Below, one piece after another: positions 56,493-64,000 of a stretch of 64,000 nucleotides of DNA. The notes under the pieces are model-generated. The model was given only the letters and a program-made list of their open reading frames with translations. It was not told the origin of the DNA and searched no databases. How positions within the stretch are numbered: the stretch's first letter is position 1; the number at the start of each line of letters is the position of its first letter. The stretch comes from Candidatus Parcubacteria bacterium (GTDB lineage: Bacteria; Patescibacteriota; Minisyncoccia; UBA6257; 2-01-FULL-56-20), in the NCBI GenBank assembly GCA_027324805.1, contig DAHVRZ010000001.1:136254-200253 (forward strand). Direction: 5' to 3'. The translations under genes were made by a program, and so were the position numbers.

Positions 56493-58832
56493 TTATGCCG
56501 CCGCCGTGATGACCGTGCCCGATCCGGTGGAAGCGCCGCCTGCGGCAGCGGCAGCTTCGTTGGCGAGCGCGTCATCTATTTCACATACGCCGCCTGCACA
56601 CGCGAGCTCCTGCTTTGCATCGGTTTCGTCGGTCGTTTCATGGAGCAGTATCTGCGAGAAGTCTATATTCGGCATTTTTGCCGCCATTTCCTCATAGCGC
56701 TCTTTTGTTATTTCTTCGTACGGCGCGAGAAGATAGGCGTGGTCTTCGCGCGGAAGGAATGAAAGGCCGCCCGTGATATCCCAATGTTCGTAGACCCAGT
56801 TCGCCACGGCGATCCACTCATCGGAACCCACTGAGATCGTAATTGATGGATTGTGCTCGGTGAAATTCTCCTTCACTTTTTTCCAATGTTCGAGCTGGTC
56901 GATCGCCGTAAGATCGTCTTTTACCACTGCACCTTCAGGAGCCTTTACGGGGAATTCGAGCACATACGTGGTGGCCGCAGAGAGCGATTGACCGACCTCC
57001 GGGAAATAGGTGATCTTCTGGTCCTTCATCATCTGAAAGAGGGCATCGGTTGCGCTGATGCGTACGCGACGGATATAGAACTTTGCGTGGCGCGGATGGA
57101 GGCCCGATGCAGCGTCCACGGTCTGTGAAACGGTTCCCGAAGGCTTTACGCATGTGACGGCCATTGAAGGTGCAATACCGAAGCGTTTTGCGTATTCCTT
57201 ATTTACCTCGATCGCGCGATCGCGGAGTTTGCGGAGCATTGCTTCGTCGCGCACGGCGGGGCAATCCCATTGTCCGGTTACTGAAACCCCAAGAAGACGT
57301 TCCGCCTCAACGTTTTCCTGCCATTCTTTCGAAAGATACGGGAAGTGGGTGAGCGTTGACTGATACGTGCCGAGAATGGCAGCGATGCGAACTTTTCTGA
57401 GGAGTGTCTCCTCGGTATCTTCGGCACGGGCCACCACCTCGGAAAGGTTGCAGAATTCCTTCGGCTGGAGAATAATCTCGCCACAAGGGTTCGTACCCAT
57501 GCTGTTGATCGTATCGCCAAGGAATTTCCTGCGTCGTTCAGGGAGCTGGAATGCGAGGCCGCCGCGATTGAAGATGCCGCGTTCGCCCGTATGGCTTTCG
57601 ACGAGAGACATCCATTCCTTCAAAAACTCTTCCGTGGTCGGTTTTTGGGTATAGACGGCGGAATTGTTCGCCATAGTGCGCTGGGGCTCGGTGAAGTAAA
57701 ACTGGCCCTGCTTTGCGGTGCGCATTTCCTGGTCGTCGAGGTCGGAGAGCGAGATCATCGCCGAGCGGCGCACGCCTCCCGCCACTACGATCTCGCCTAT
57801 CTTGCAACAAATATCGTGAACATCAATATTCGAAAGGCGGCGCCCCTGCCTTTCGAGGATCTTTGTGCGGGTGAAGGCGAGGAGTGAGCGGAGCGGATCG
57901 GGGCCGGAACTCTTTCCGCCCATCGTCTTGAGGCGCGCGCCCGCGGGACGGACCTCGGAATAATCAAATTCGACATCTTTGCCTTCAAACCACGTTTTGA
58001 GGCCGAGGGTCAGTGCATCGCACCAGCCTTCCTTGCTGTCGGCAATTACGTGCGCAGCGATCTTCTTTCCGGTCTGTTTTTTTATCTGAGGGAGATTCTG
58101 CACATTCTGACTTTCTACGGAAAAGCCGACACCCGTGCCGCACATGGAGATGTACATGATCTCCGCGAAATCCTCGAGCTTCTGTGGCGCGGTGAAAGAG
58201 CAGTTGTATGCCGCGACGTTCGTTGCGCGCGCTGCCGTGCCTGCGAACTGGAGGAGCCGCATTGAGGGCATCGCTTCCTGCTTCAAAATAGTCTCGCGGA
58301 TCTCTTCGTATTCCTTCTCGGTCAGCTTTGCCCCGAGGTTTTCTTTCATGAAGTCGATATAGCGACCTACGGTCTCGATCCATGTCTCCCGGCGTCCTTC
58401 CTCCGGGATCCATTTCGAATAGGTACGATAGTAGACGAATTCGGCAAGCTGGTTCCTGAAATATGTCTTGCTCTTTTCGGTGAGCTCGCGCACGTGTGCG
58501 GGAATTTCTTTCTTCTTCTCGCGCACCTGGGCACGCTCATTCCGATAGAGGATATAAGCTTTTGCCGTCTTCGCATAATCCATAAGGATCAATTCGGTCT
58601 CGACGACATCCTGGATCTCCTCGATCGTCGGGATATGGTCCTTCGGATAGCGCTTGGCAAGCGATGCAATAACCTGCTCCGCCACCTTTTCCGCATCCTG
58701 CCTCAGGGCCGTCTCGCCCGTTGCCTGCATGGCTTTCGCAATGGCACTCGTGATTTTGTTTTCGTCGAATGACACGATCCTTCCGTCCCTCTTTTTAACC
58801 TGCGAGAAATGCTGCTTGCCGGCTGTAGCCAT
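56493..58832 (-). CDS. nrdJ: Class II (AdoCbl-dependent) ribonucleotide reductase with ATP cone
   Basis: ATP cone VKKRDG...AKAYILYR, YNCSF, GGVRRSA, GTNPCGEI, CVKPSGTVS, C-terminal ACAGGVC. Confidence 0.92.
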   Translation of the reverse strand: MATAGKQHFSQVKKRDGRIVSFDENKITSAIAKAMQATGETALRQDAEKVAEQVIASLAKRYPKDHIPTIEEIQDVVETELILMDYAKTAKAYILYRNERAQVREKKKEIPAHVRELTEKSKTYFRNQLAEFVYYRTYSKWIPEEGRRETWIETVGRYIDFMKENLGAKLTEKEYEEIRETILKQEAMPSMRLLQFAGTAARATNVAAYNCSFTAPQKLEDFAEIMYISMCGTGVGFSVESQNVQNLPQIKKQTGKKIAAHVIADSKEGWCDALTLGLKTWFEGKDVEFDYSEVRPAGARLKTMGGKSSGPDPLRSLLAFTRTKILERQGRRLSNIDVHDICCKIGEIVVAGGVRRSAMISLSDLDDQEMRTAKQGQFYFTEPQRTMANNSAVYTQKPTTEEFLKEWMSLVESHTGERGIFNRGGLAFQLPERRRKFLGDTINSMGTNPCGEIILQPKEFCNLSEVVARAEDTEETLLRKVRIAAILGTYQSTLTHFPYLSKEWQENVEAERLLGVSVTGQWDCPAVRDEAMLRKLRDRAIEVNKEYAKRFGIAPSMAVTCVKPSGTVSQTVDAASGLHPRHAKFYIRRVRISATDALFQMMKDQKITYFPEVGQSLSAATTYVLEFPVKAPEGAVVKDDLTAIDQLEHWKKVKENFTEHNPSITISVGSDEWIAVANWVYEHWDITGGLSFLPREDHAYLLAPYEEITKERYEEMAAKMPNIDFSQILLHETTDETDAKQELACAGGVCEIDDALANEAAAAAGGASTGSGTVITAAA

Positions 58833-59268
58833 ATCTTTGGGATTTTTTTATGTGGTTTATGATAGGGTGACCTTGTGAGCGTCCTCGGCGCGTGTCGCCA
58901 GAGGCTCCTCACTATTGAATCACCGCACGTGCGGGGAGAGAATTCGGCTGCCATTGCGAAGAAATAATTTTGTGTGCATGGCAACTTCCTTCCCGCAGTG
59001 CGGTCGTTTTTCACCCCGAAAACATTGACCGTCTTCGATCTTCCTGTGTGTTACGACGGCCGTCTTATATGATGACATAAATGTCGTCGTATTCTGCTTT
59101 TGCGCGTTCACAATATTGGATTGCTTCCTTTCCCTTTATTTTTGGGCCTTTTTAAGGCATCACGCACTAACATGATCCATAATGACATGTGTGTATTGCT
59201 TCAAATCCGTTCTCAATCAATCATTCCCGTTGAATAATCCCGTATTGGCGCGAAAATGTAAGAACGTC

Positions 59269-59802
59269 ATGCTTATGGTATTTACCGGCAATGGGAAAGG
59301 GAAGACGACGGCTGCCATAGGCCAAGCCATCCGCGCCCTCGGGCAGGGGAAGCGCGTGTTCATGATCCAGTTCATCAAAGGCCTCGGATATCCAAGCGGG
59401 GAGGACGGCGTCCTTCCCGGTATGGTTTCTACCACGGGCGGAAAGCTCCATTTTGAGAAGGGAGGACGTGGTTTTGTCGGTATTCTCGGCGACAAGCTTC
59501 CTTTCGAGGAACACCGTGCTGCCGCATTGCAAACGCTTGGGAGGGCTGCCGTGGCCGCAGGATCGGGAGAATACGATCTTGTCATTCTCGACGAGGTGAA
59601 TGTTGCCCTCGATCTGAGACTTCTTACGCTTACCGAGGTCACCGATTTCCTTGATTCGATACCCTCATCCGTAGATGTTATTTTTACCGGGCGATATGCC
59701 CATTCCGAGGTGCTTTATCGCGCCGATCTTGCTACACGGTGCGACGAATTGTGTCATCCTTACCAACAGCGGGTCACCGCAAAGAAGGGTGTCGAATATT
59801 GA
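59269..59802 (+). CDS. cobO: Cob(I)alamin adenosyltransferase (CobA/CobO/BtuR)
   Basis: TGNGKGKTTAAIG, IQFIKG, ILDEVN, TGRYA, HPY....AKKGVEY. Confidence 0.9.
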   Translation: MLMVFTGNGKGKTTAAIGQAIRALGQGKRVFMIQFIKGLGYPSGEDGVLPGMVSTTGGKLHFEKGGRGFVGILGDKLPFEEHRAAALQTLGRAAVAAGSGEYDLVILDEVNVALDLRLLTLTEVTDFLDSIPSSVDVIFTGRYAHSEVLYRADLATRCDELCHPYQQRVTAKKGVEY

Positions 59803-59811
59803 CCATCCAGA

Positions 59812-60912
59812 ATGTACGAGTATCTTTTGAGACCCATTTTGTTTCTTTTTGACCCGGAACGCGTACACGATTTTTTCGTCTGGTTCGGTGAAAGGCTTGG
59901 AAACTGCGCACCCGGACGCTCGATCGTGCGGATGTTTTGTTCCTATAACCACCCCTCGCTCCGCACCCGTGTTGCGGGGATCGATTTTGAAAATCCGGTC
60001 GGCCTTGGGGCGGGATTCGACAAGGATATGAGGCTTACGCGCATCATGCCGACTGTCGGGTTTGGTTTTATGGAAGTAGGCGCCGTCACCCGTTGGCTTT
60101 ATGCCGGGAACGACGGCCTGCGTCTTGCACGATTACCCGAGGATCGCTCACTTATTGTTTACTATGGCCTTAAGAATATCGGTGCCGAAGCGGTGCTTGC
60201 GAAGCTCCCCGAACTCCAAAAGAACGGGAAGTTCGATATTCCGATAGGGGTGAACATAGCGAAGACGAACCGTGCGGACATCAAAGGCGCCGCATCAATA
60301 GAGGATTATGCGGCCACATATCGAATGCTCTCCCCGCACTTTTCCTACATAACCCTCAATGTCTCATGTCCCAATGCTCAAGACGGATGCATGTTTCAGG
60401 AACCGCATATGCTGGACAGCCTTCTTGCCGTACTTGCACGGGAGCGGAAGCATTGCCCCGTGTTCCTCAAGATATCCAGTCATCTTTCAAAAGAGGAAAC
60501 CGATGCAATCCTCGACGTTGTCGGCAAGTATCCTTTTGTCGATGGTTTCGTGGTGGGAAACCTTTCAAAGAGGCGGGAGGACCTTCTTCTCCGTTCTTCG
60601 CGCGAGAAATTGGATGCTATTCCCAATGGGGGCATCTCCGGAGGTCCCATTCGTGAGATATCAACCAAACTTATAGAACATATTCATAAGCGGAGCGGCG
60701 GGCGGTATACCATCATCGGTCTTGGGGGCGTCTTTACCGCCGAGGATGCGTATAAAAAGATCCTCGCCGGCGCCTCGCTCGTCCAAATGGTCACCGGGCT
60801 TATTTACGGCGGTCCGATGGCGGTCAGGCGGATCAATAAAGGACTCGTGAAGCTCCTCGCGCGCGACGGTTATTCCCATGTTGCCGATGCGGTCGGGAAA
60901 GGTGCCCGCTGA
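59812..60912 (+). CDS. pyrD: Quinone-dependent dihydroorotate dehydrogenase (class 2)
   Basis: DPERVH, NPVGLGAGFDK, NVSCPN, GGISG, GASLVQMVTGLIYGGP. Confidence 0.9.
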   Translation: MYEYLLRPILFLFDPERVHDFFVWFGERLGNCAPGRSIVRMFCSYNHPSLRTRVAGIDFENPVGLGAGFDKDMRLTRIMPTVGFGFMEVGAVTRWLYAGNDGLRLARLPEDRSLIVYYGLKNIGAEAVLAKLPELQKNGKFDIPIGVNIAKTNRADIKGAASIEDYAATYRMLSPHFSYITLNVSCPNAQDGCMFQEPHMLDSLLAVLARERKHCPVFLKISSHLSKEETDAILDVVGKYPFVDGFVVGNLSKRREDLLLRSSREKLDAIPNGGISGGPIREISTKLIEHIHKRSGGRYTIIGLGGVFTAEDAYKKILAGASLVQMVTGLIYGGPMAVRRINKGLVKLLARDGYSHVADAVGKGAR

Positions 60913-60914
60913 TA

Positions 60915-61910
60915 TCACGCCTTCACTGTATTGATGGGCGCGCCTTTCGTGAACGCGATGATATTGCCGATCGTCGTGTCGAGAATGCGGAAATACGCCT
61001 CGGTGGTGTTGAATGCGTTATGGGGTGTCGCGATCACGTTCGGCATGGCGATTATGTCCGCACTGGCCGAAATGTCGCCGGCTTTCATTTGCGCCTCTTC
61101 TTCGAATACGTCGAGGCCCGCGCCGCCGAGTCGTCCGCTCTTGAGTGCCGTTGCGAGCGCTGCCGTCTCAACGATCGCCCCCCGCGCGGTATTCACGAGA
61201 TACGCACCCTGTTTGATATTGTTCACATTGCCGCTGTTTATGAGATGGTGCGTACCCGGAAGATAGGGTGCGTGGATGGTTATCACGTCGCTTTGTGCAA
61301 GGAGGTCGTTGAGTTCGAGGTAAGCGAAGCCCGTTTCTTTGGCGAAAGCGTCGTCGTGATAGACATCATAGGCGACGACGTTCATATCGAACCCTTTCGC
61401 TATTTTGATCGCATGCTTCCCGATGCGTCCGGTGCCGATCACGCCGAGCGTCTTGCCTTTAAGGTCGAAGCCGCACAGACCGTCGGTCACAAATCGATGT
61501 TCTATCTGTACCCGCGTGCTTGCTTCGCGTATTTTGCGCGAGAGGGCGAGGATGAGCGCAAAAGCGAACTCGGCGACGGTATTCTCTCCATACGCCGGGA
61601 CGGATGATACCGGTATCCCGCGAGCGGCGGCCGCAGCGAGATCGATATGATCGAATCCGGTGGACATTGTCGTCAGAAATTTCAGATTCGGCAGTCCTGC
61701 GATCGTTGCGGCATCGACGGGGGAGTCCATGAAGATCGCCGCAATATCAAAATCCCCATTCGACGGGATATGGTCCTTGTCGAGCGCGTTGTCCACGATC
61801 TCGATATCGACGCCCGCATCGCGGAGCGCGGCGCTTTGCGACACGTATCGTTTTCCTGCATCTCCCCATTTCTCAAAATTGAAAAATGCCGCCTTATGGT
61901 TTGTGCTCAT
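60915..61910 (-). CDS. D-2-hydroxyacid (D-lactate-like) dehydrogenase
   Basis: STGFDHID, VPAYGENTVAE, GTGRIG, NTARG, LDVFEEE, TPHNAF. Confidence 0.92.
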   Translation of the reverse strand: MSTNHKAAFFNFEKWGDAGKRYVSQSAALRDAGVDIEIVDNALDKDHIPSNGDFDIAAIFMDSPVDAATIAGLPNLKFLTTMSTGFDHIDLAAAAARGIPVSSVPAYGENTVAEFAFALILALSRKIREASTRVQIEHRFVTDGLCGFDLKGKTLGVIGTGRIGKHAIKIAKGFDMNVVAYDVYHDDAFAKETGFAYLELNDLLAQSDVITIHAPYLPGTHHLINSGNVNNIKQGAYLVNTARGAIVETAALATALKSGRLGGAGLDVFEEEAQMKAGDISASADIIAMPNVIATPHNAFNTTEAYFRILDTTIGNIIAFTKGAPINTVKA

Positions 61911-61933
61911 ATTTTCATTATAGCAATTTTCTT

Positions 61934-62305
61934 TTATACGCCGTTCCCGCCATACATCCGTTTTTTTGCGGATGCGAGTTCGGCGATGATCTCGGGATTC
62001 GCTATTTTATGGAATCGCGGTACGGGTGGCGCTCCGTCCTTGCCCGGGACGTCGCCTATGAACATGGCGGCGGGGCGCAGAAACCACAGCCTACCCGCCT
62101 GATACGCCGCCGATTCTTCGTAAAGAGGTCGATAGATGACCATATACGCGTCCGGCTTGGACCAGTCGGCTTCGGTATCGCAGCCTACGCCGAATACCTC
62201 ATAGGCGTAATTATTGAGCGGTTTCGCCGGATCGTGTTTGTAGTGATAATAGAACCCCGGCTCCGGAAGCCCGTCCGGCGGGGTCATGGTCTCGTTCTTC
62301 GGCAT
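61934..62305 (-). CDS. DUF1653 family protein
   Basis: PGFYYHYK, YEV.GV, VIYRPLY, RPAAMF, PRF. Confidence 0.82.
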   Translation of the reverse strand: MPKNETMTPPDGLPEPGFYYHYKHDPAKPLNNYAYEVFGVGCDTEADWSKPDAYMVIYRPLYEESAAYQAGRLWFLRPAAMFIGDVPGKDGAPPVPRFHKIANPEIIAELASAKKRMYGGNGV

Positions 62306-62329
62306 GCCTTCATTATATACTATGGATAT

Positions 62330-62887
62330 ATGCAGAAGCTGGTGCTTTTTATGATGGTGAGCACGGACGGTTATTTCGAAGGGCCGGACCACGATCTTTC
62401 ATGGCATAACGTCGATGGGGAGTTCAATGAGTTTGCCGATGCTCAGTTGCGCGAGTTCGGAGCGCTCCTTTTCGGACATAAGACATACGACTTTATGGCT
62501 GATTTCTGGCCGACGGCGAAAGGGCAGGAGACGCCCGGCACGGCACAGATCATGAATGCGATGCCAAAATTCGTCGCGGCACATGAACCTTTCGAGGCGA
62601 AGTGGTTGGGCACGACCATGATCGCGGGCCCGGACATCGCCACACCAATCGCCGCATTAAAAGAAGGATCCGGGAAAGGGATCCTTCTTTTAGGGAGCAA
62701 TATGCTTTGCGTGAGCCTGATGAATGCGCGGCTTGTTGACGAATTCCGGCTGATGATGAATCCTGTGGCGCTCGGTGCCGGTACATCGCTTTTCACAGGC
62801 CTATCAAAGCGCACGCCTTTGAAGCTCGAATCCGTGCAAAGGTTCAAGTCCGGGAATGTTCTTGAACGCTACCTTCCTGCGGCGTAA
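62330..62887 (+). CDS. Dihydrofolate reductase-like (RibD C-terminal) protein
   Basis: MVSTDGYFEGP, LLFGHKTY, GS..L, LVDEF.L...PV.LG.G..LF. Confidence 0.87.
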   Translation: MQKLVLFMMVSTDGYFEGPDHDLSWHNVDGEFNEFADAQLREFGALLFGHKTYDFMADFWPTAKGQETPGTAQIMNAMPKFVAAHEPFEAKWLGTTMIAGPDIATPIAALKEGSGKGILLLGSNMLCVSLMNARLVDEFRLMMNPVALGAGTSLFTGLSKRTPLKLESVQRFKSGNVLERYLPAA

Positions 62888-62906
62888 TTCCCCGAATATC
62901 CCGAGC

Positions 62907-64000
62907 TTACTTTTTCCGGCGGAGCTTTTCCTCTTCTTTCGCCACCGCGACCGTGGTGCGGACGACGGTGTCCGGGTTGAGCGACATGCTTTCGATTCCG
63001 AGAGTAACGAGGAATTGCGCGAAGTCGGGATAATCGGACGGGGCCTGGCCGCAGATGCCGATGTACTTCTTGCGCTTGAGGCACGCAGGGACGATCTCCG
63101 CGATGAGCTTCTTCACCGCTTCATTCTTCTCGTTCGCCACGTGGCTCACAATGCCGGAGTCCCGATCGAGTCCGAGCGTGAGCTGGGTGAGATCGTTCGA
63201 GCCGATGGACATGCCGTCGAAGACGTCGAGGAAGCTGTCGGCGAGGAGCACGTTCGCCGGAATCTCGCACATAACGTAGATCGGCGTTGTCGCTTTGGAT
63301 TTCTTTTTGCCGTGCCGGGACATGTAGTTCGTGATGAGTCCGGCCTCCGCCATAGCCTCCTGCGTCTTTATCCCTTCTTCGACGGTGCGGCAGAACGGGA
63401 CCATCGGGATCACATTCGTAAGGCCGAGCTCTTCGCGCACTTTCTTGATCGCCCGCGCCTCCATCATGAATGCCGGTTTGAACTTGGGGTCATAATACCG
63501 CGAGGCGCCGCGCCAGCCGATCATCGGATTCTCCTCGTGCGGTTCATATGCTTCGCCCCCGAGAAGCGTGCGGTATTCGTTGGATTTGAAATCGCTGAAG
63601 CGTACGATCACATGGTTCGGCCAGAACGCTGCGCCGATCTTCGCAATGCCGAACGCGAGATTGTCCACATAATATTGCTTGGGATCGGTCCAGCCGCGCA
63701 TCTTTTCCTCGATCGCTTTGCGGACGGCCGGTTTCAGATCCTTCATATTGAGAAGCGCGAGGGGATGGAGTCCCATCTTTGAAGCGATGATGAATTCCTC
63801 GCGCGCGAGGCCCACGCCCGACTGCGGCAGAAAGGAGTCGGCGAAGGCATTCTCCGGCACCGCCACATTCACCATGATCTTCGTCTTTGGCCGGGCGATC
63901 TTTTTAAGGTCGTGTTCGGTCACTTTGAACTTAAGCGCTCCTTTATAGAGCGATCCGGTGCTGCCCGTAGTGTCCACTGTCACGATATCGCCGGTCTTTA
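62907..64000 (-). CDS. ppsA: Phosphoenolpyruvate synthase (5' part outside window)
   Basis: GVGLAREEF, VRFSDFKSNEY, EENPMIGWRGASRY, MCEIP, SIGSNDLTQL, GICGQAPSD. Confidence 0.95.
   Translation of the reverse strand, partial: KTGDIVTVDTTGSTGSLYKGALKFKVTEHDLKKIARPKTKIMVNVAVPENAFADSFLPQSGVGLAREEFIIASKMGLHPLALLNMKDLKPAVRKAIEEKMRGWTDPKQYYVDNLAFGIAKIGAAFWPNHVIVRFSDFKSNEYRTLLGGEAYEPHEENPMIGWRGASRYYDPKFKPAFMMEARAIKKVREELGLTNVIPMVPFCRTVEEGIKTQEAMAEAGLITNYMSRHGKKKSKATTPIYVMCEIPANVLLADSFLDVFDGMSIGSNDLTQLTLGLDRDSGIVSHVANEKNEAVKKLIAEIVPACLKRKKYIGICGQAPSDYPDFAQFLVTLGIESMSLNPDTVVRTTVAVAKEEEKLRRKK

Noticed and set aside
58920-59111. 63-aa ORF upstream of nrdJ as a possible NrdR fragment or leader peptide
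   Set aside because: No NrdR zinc-ribbon pattern; the region is better explained by RNA stems.
59100-59200. Possible NrdR boxes (CACAATATTGG and similar)
   Set aside because: They do not fit the 16-bp consensus length or the tandem spacing.
1-64000. CRISPR arrays, rRNA, IS elements, prophage, introns/inteins, alternative genetic code
   Set aside because: None seen. RecA and NrdJ show no intein-sized insertions, and TGA acts as a normal stop.

Overview
Gene-dense, GC-rich bacterial chromosomal window. The gene set (short IF-2, PilM-PilN fusion, giant Ser/Thr-rich surface protein, monomeric class II RNR, little biosynthesis) points to a Patescibacteria/CPR (Parcubacteria-like) genome; this is inference. 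It carries recA (partial), ftsK, a phospho-sugar mutase, two RNase H-fold nucleases, a cysteine desulfurase, HtrA, clpB with a CIRCE-like operator, an S-layer-like gene, HU, a type IV pilus cluster, pth/lepB/hisS/rpsU/yqeY/ybeY/ftsA/ftsZ, rmuC, mutY, ftsEX, an ECF sigma/anti-sigma pair, infB-rbfA, topA-dprA, nrdJ-cobO, pyrD, ppsA (partial) and six tRNAs. No CRISPR array, rRNA, transposase or integrase was seen. Five unexplained signals stand out. (1) A helical-bundle/winged-helix regulator gene carries an iteron-like CGGCAA(T) array in its own promoter and coding sequence. (2) Directly downstream, a ~380-nt multi-stem leader precedes the S-layer-like gene. (3) A 124-bp four-way-junction element is built from copies of the tRNA-Ser 3' end. 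(4) About 20 genes have a -10 box 6-9 nt before the ATG, suggesting leaderless transcription. (5) nrdJ has a structured leader. All product calls come from motif recognition by eye, not database searches.
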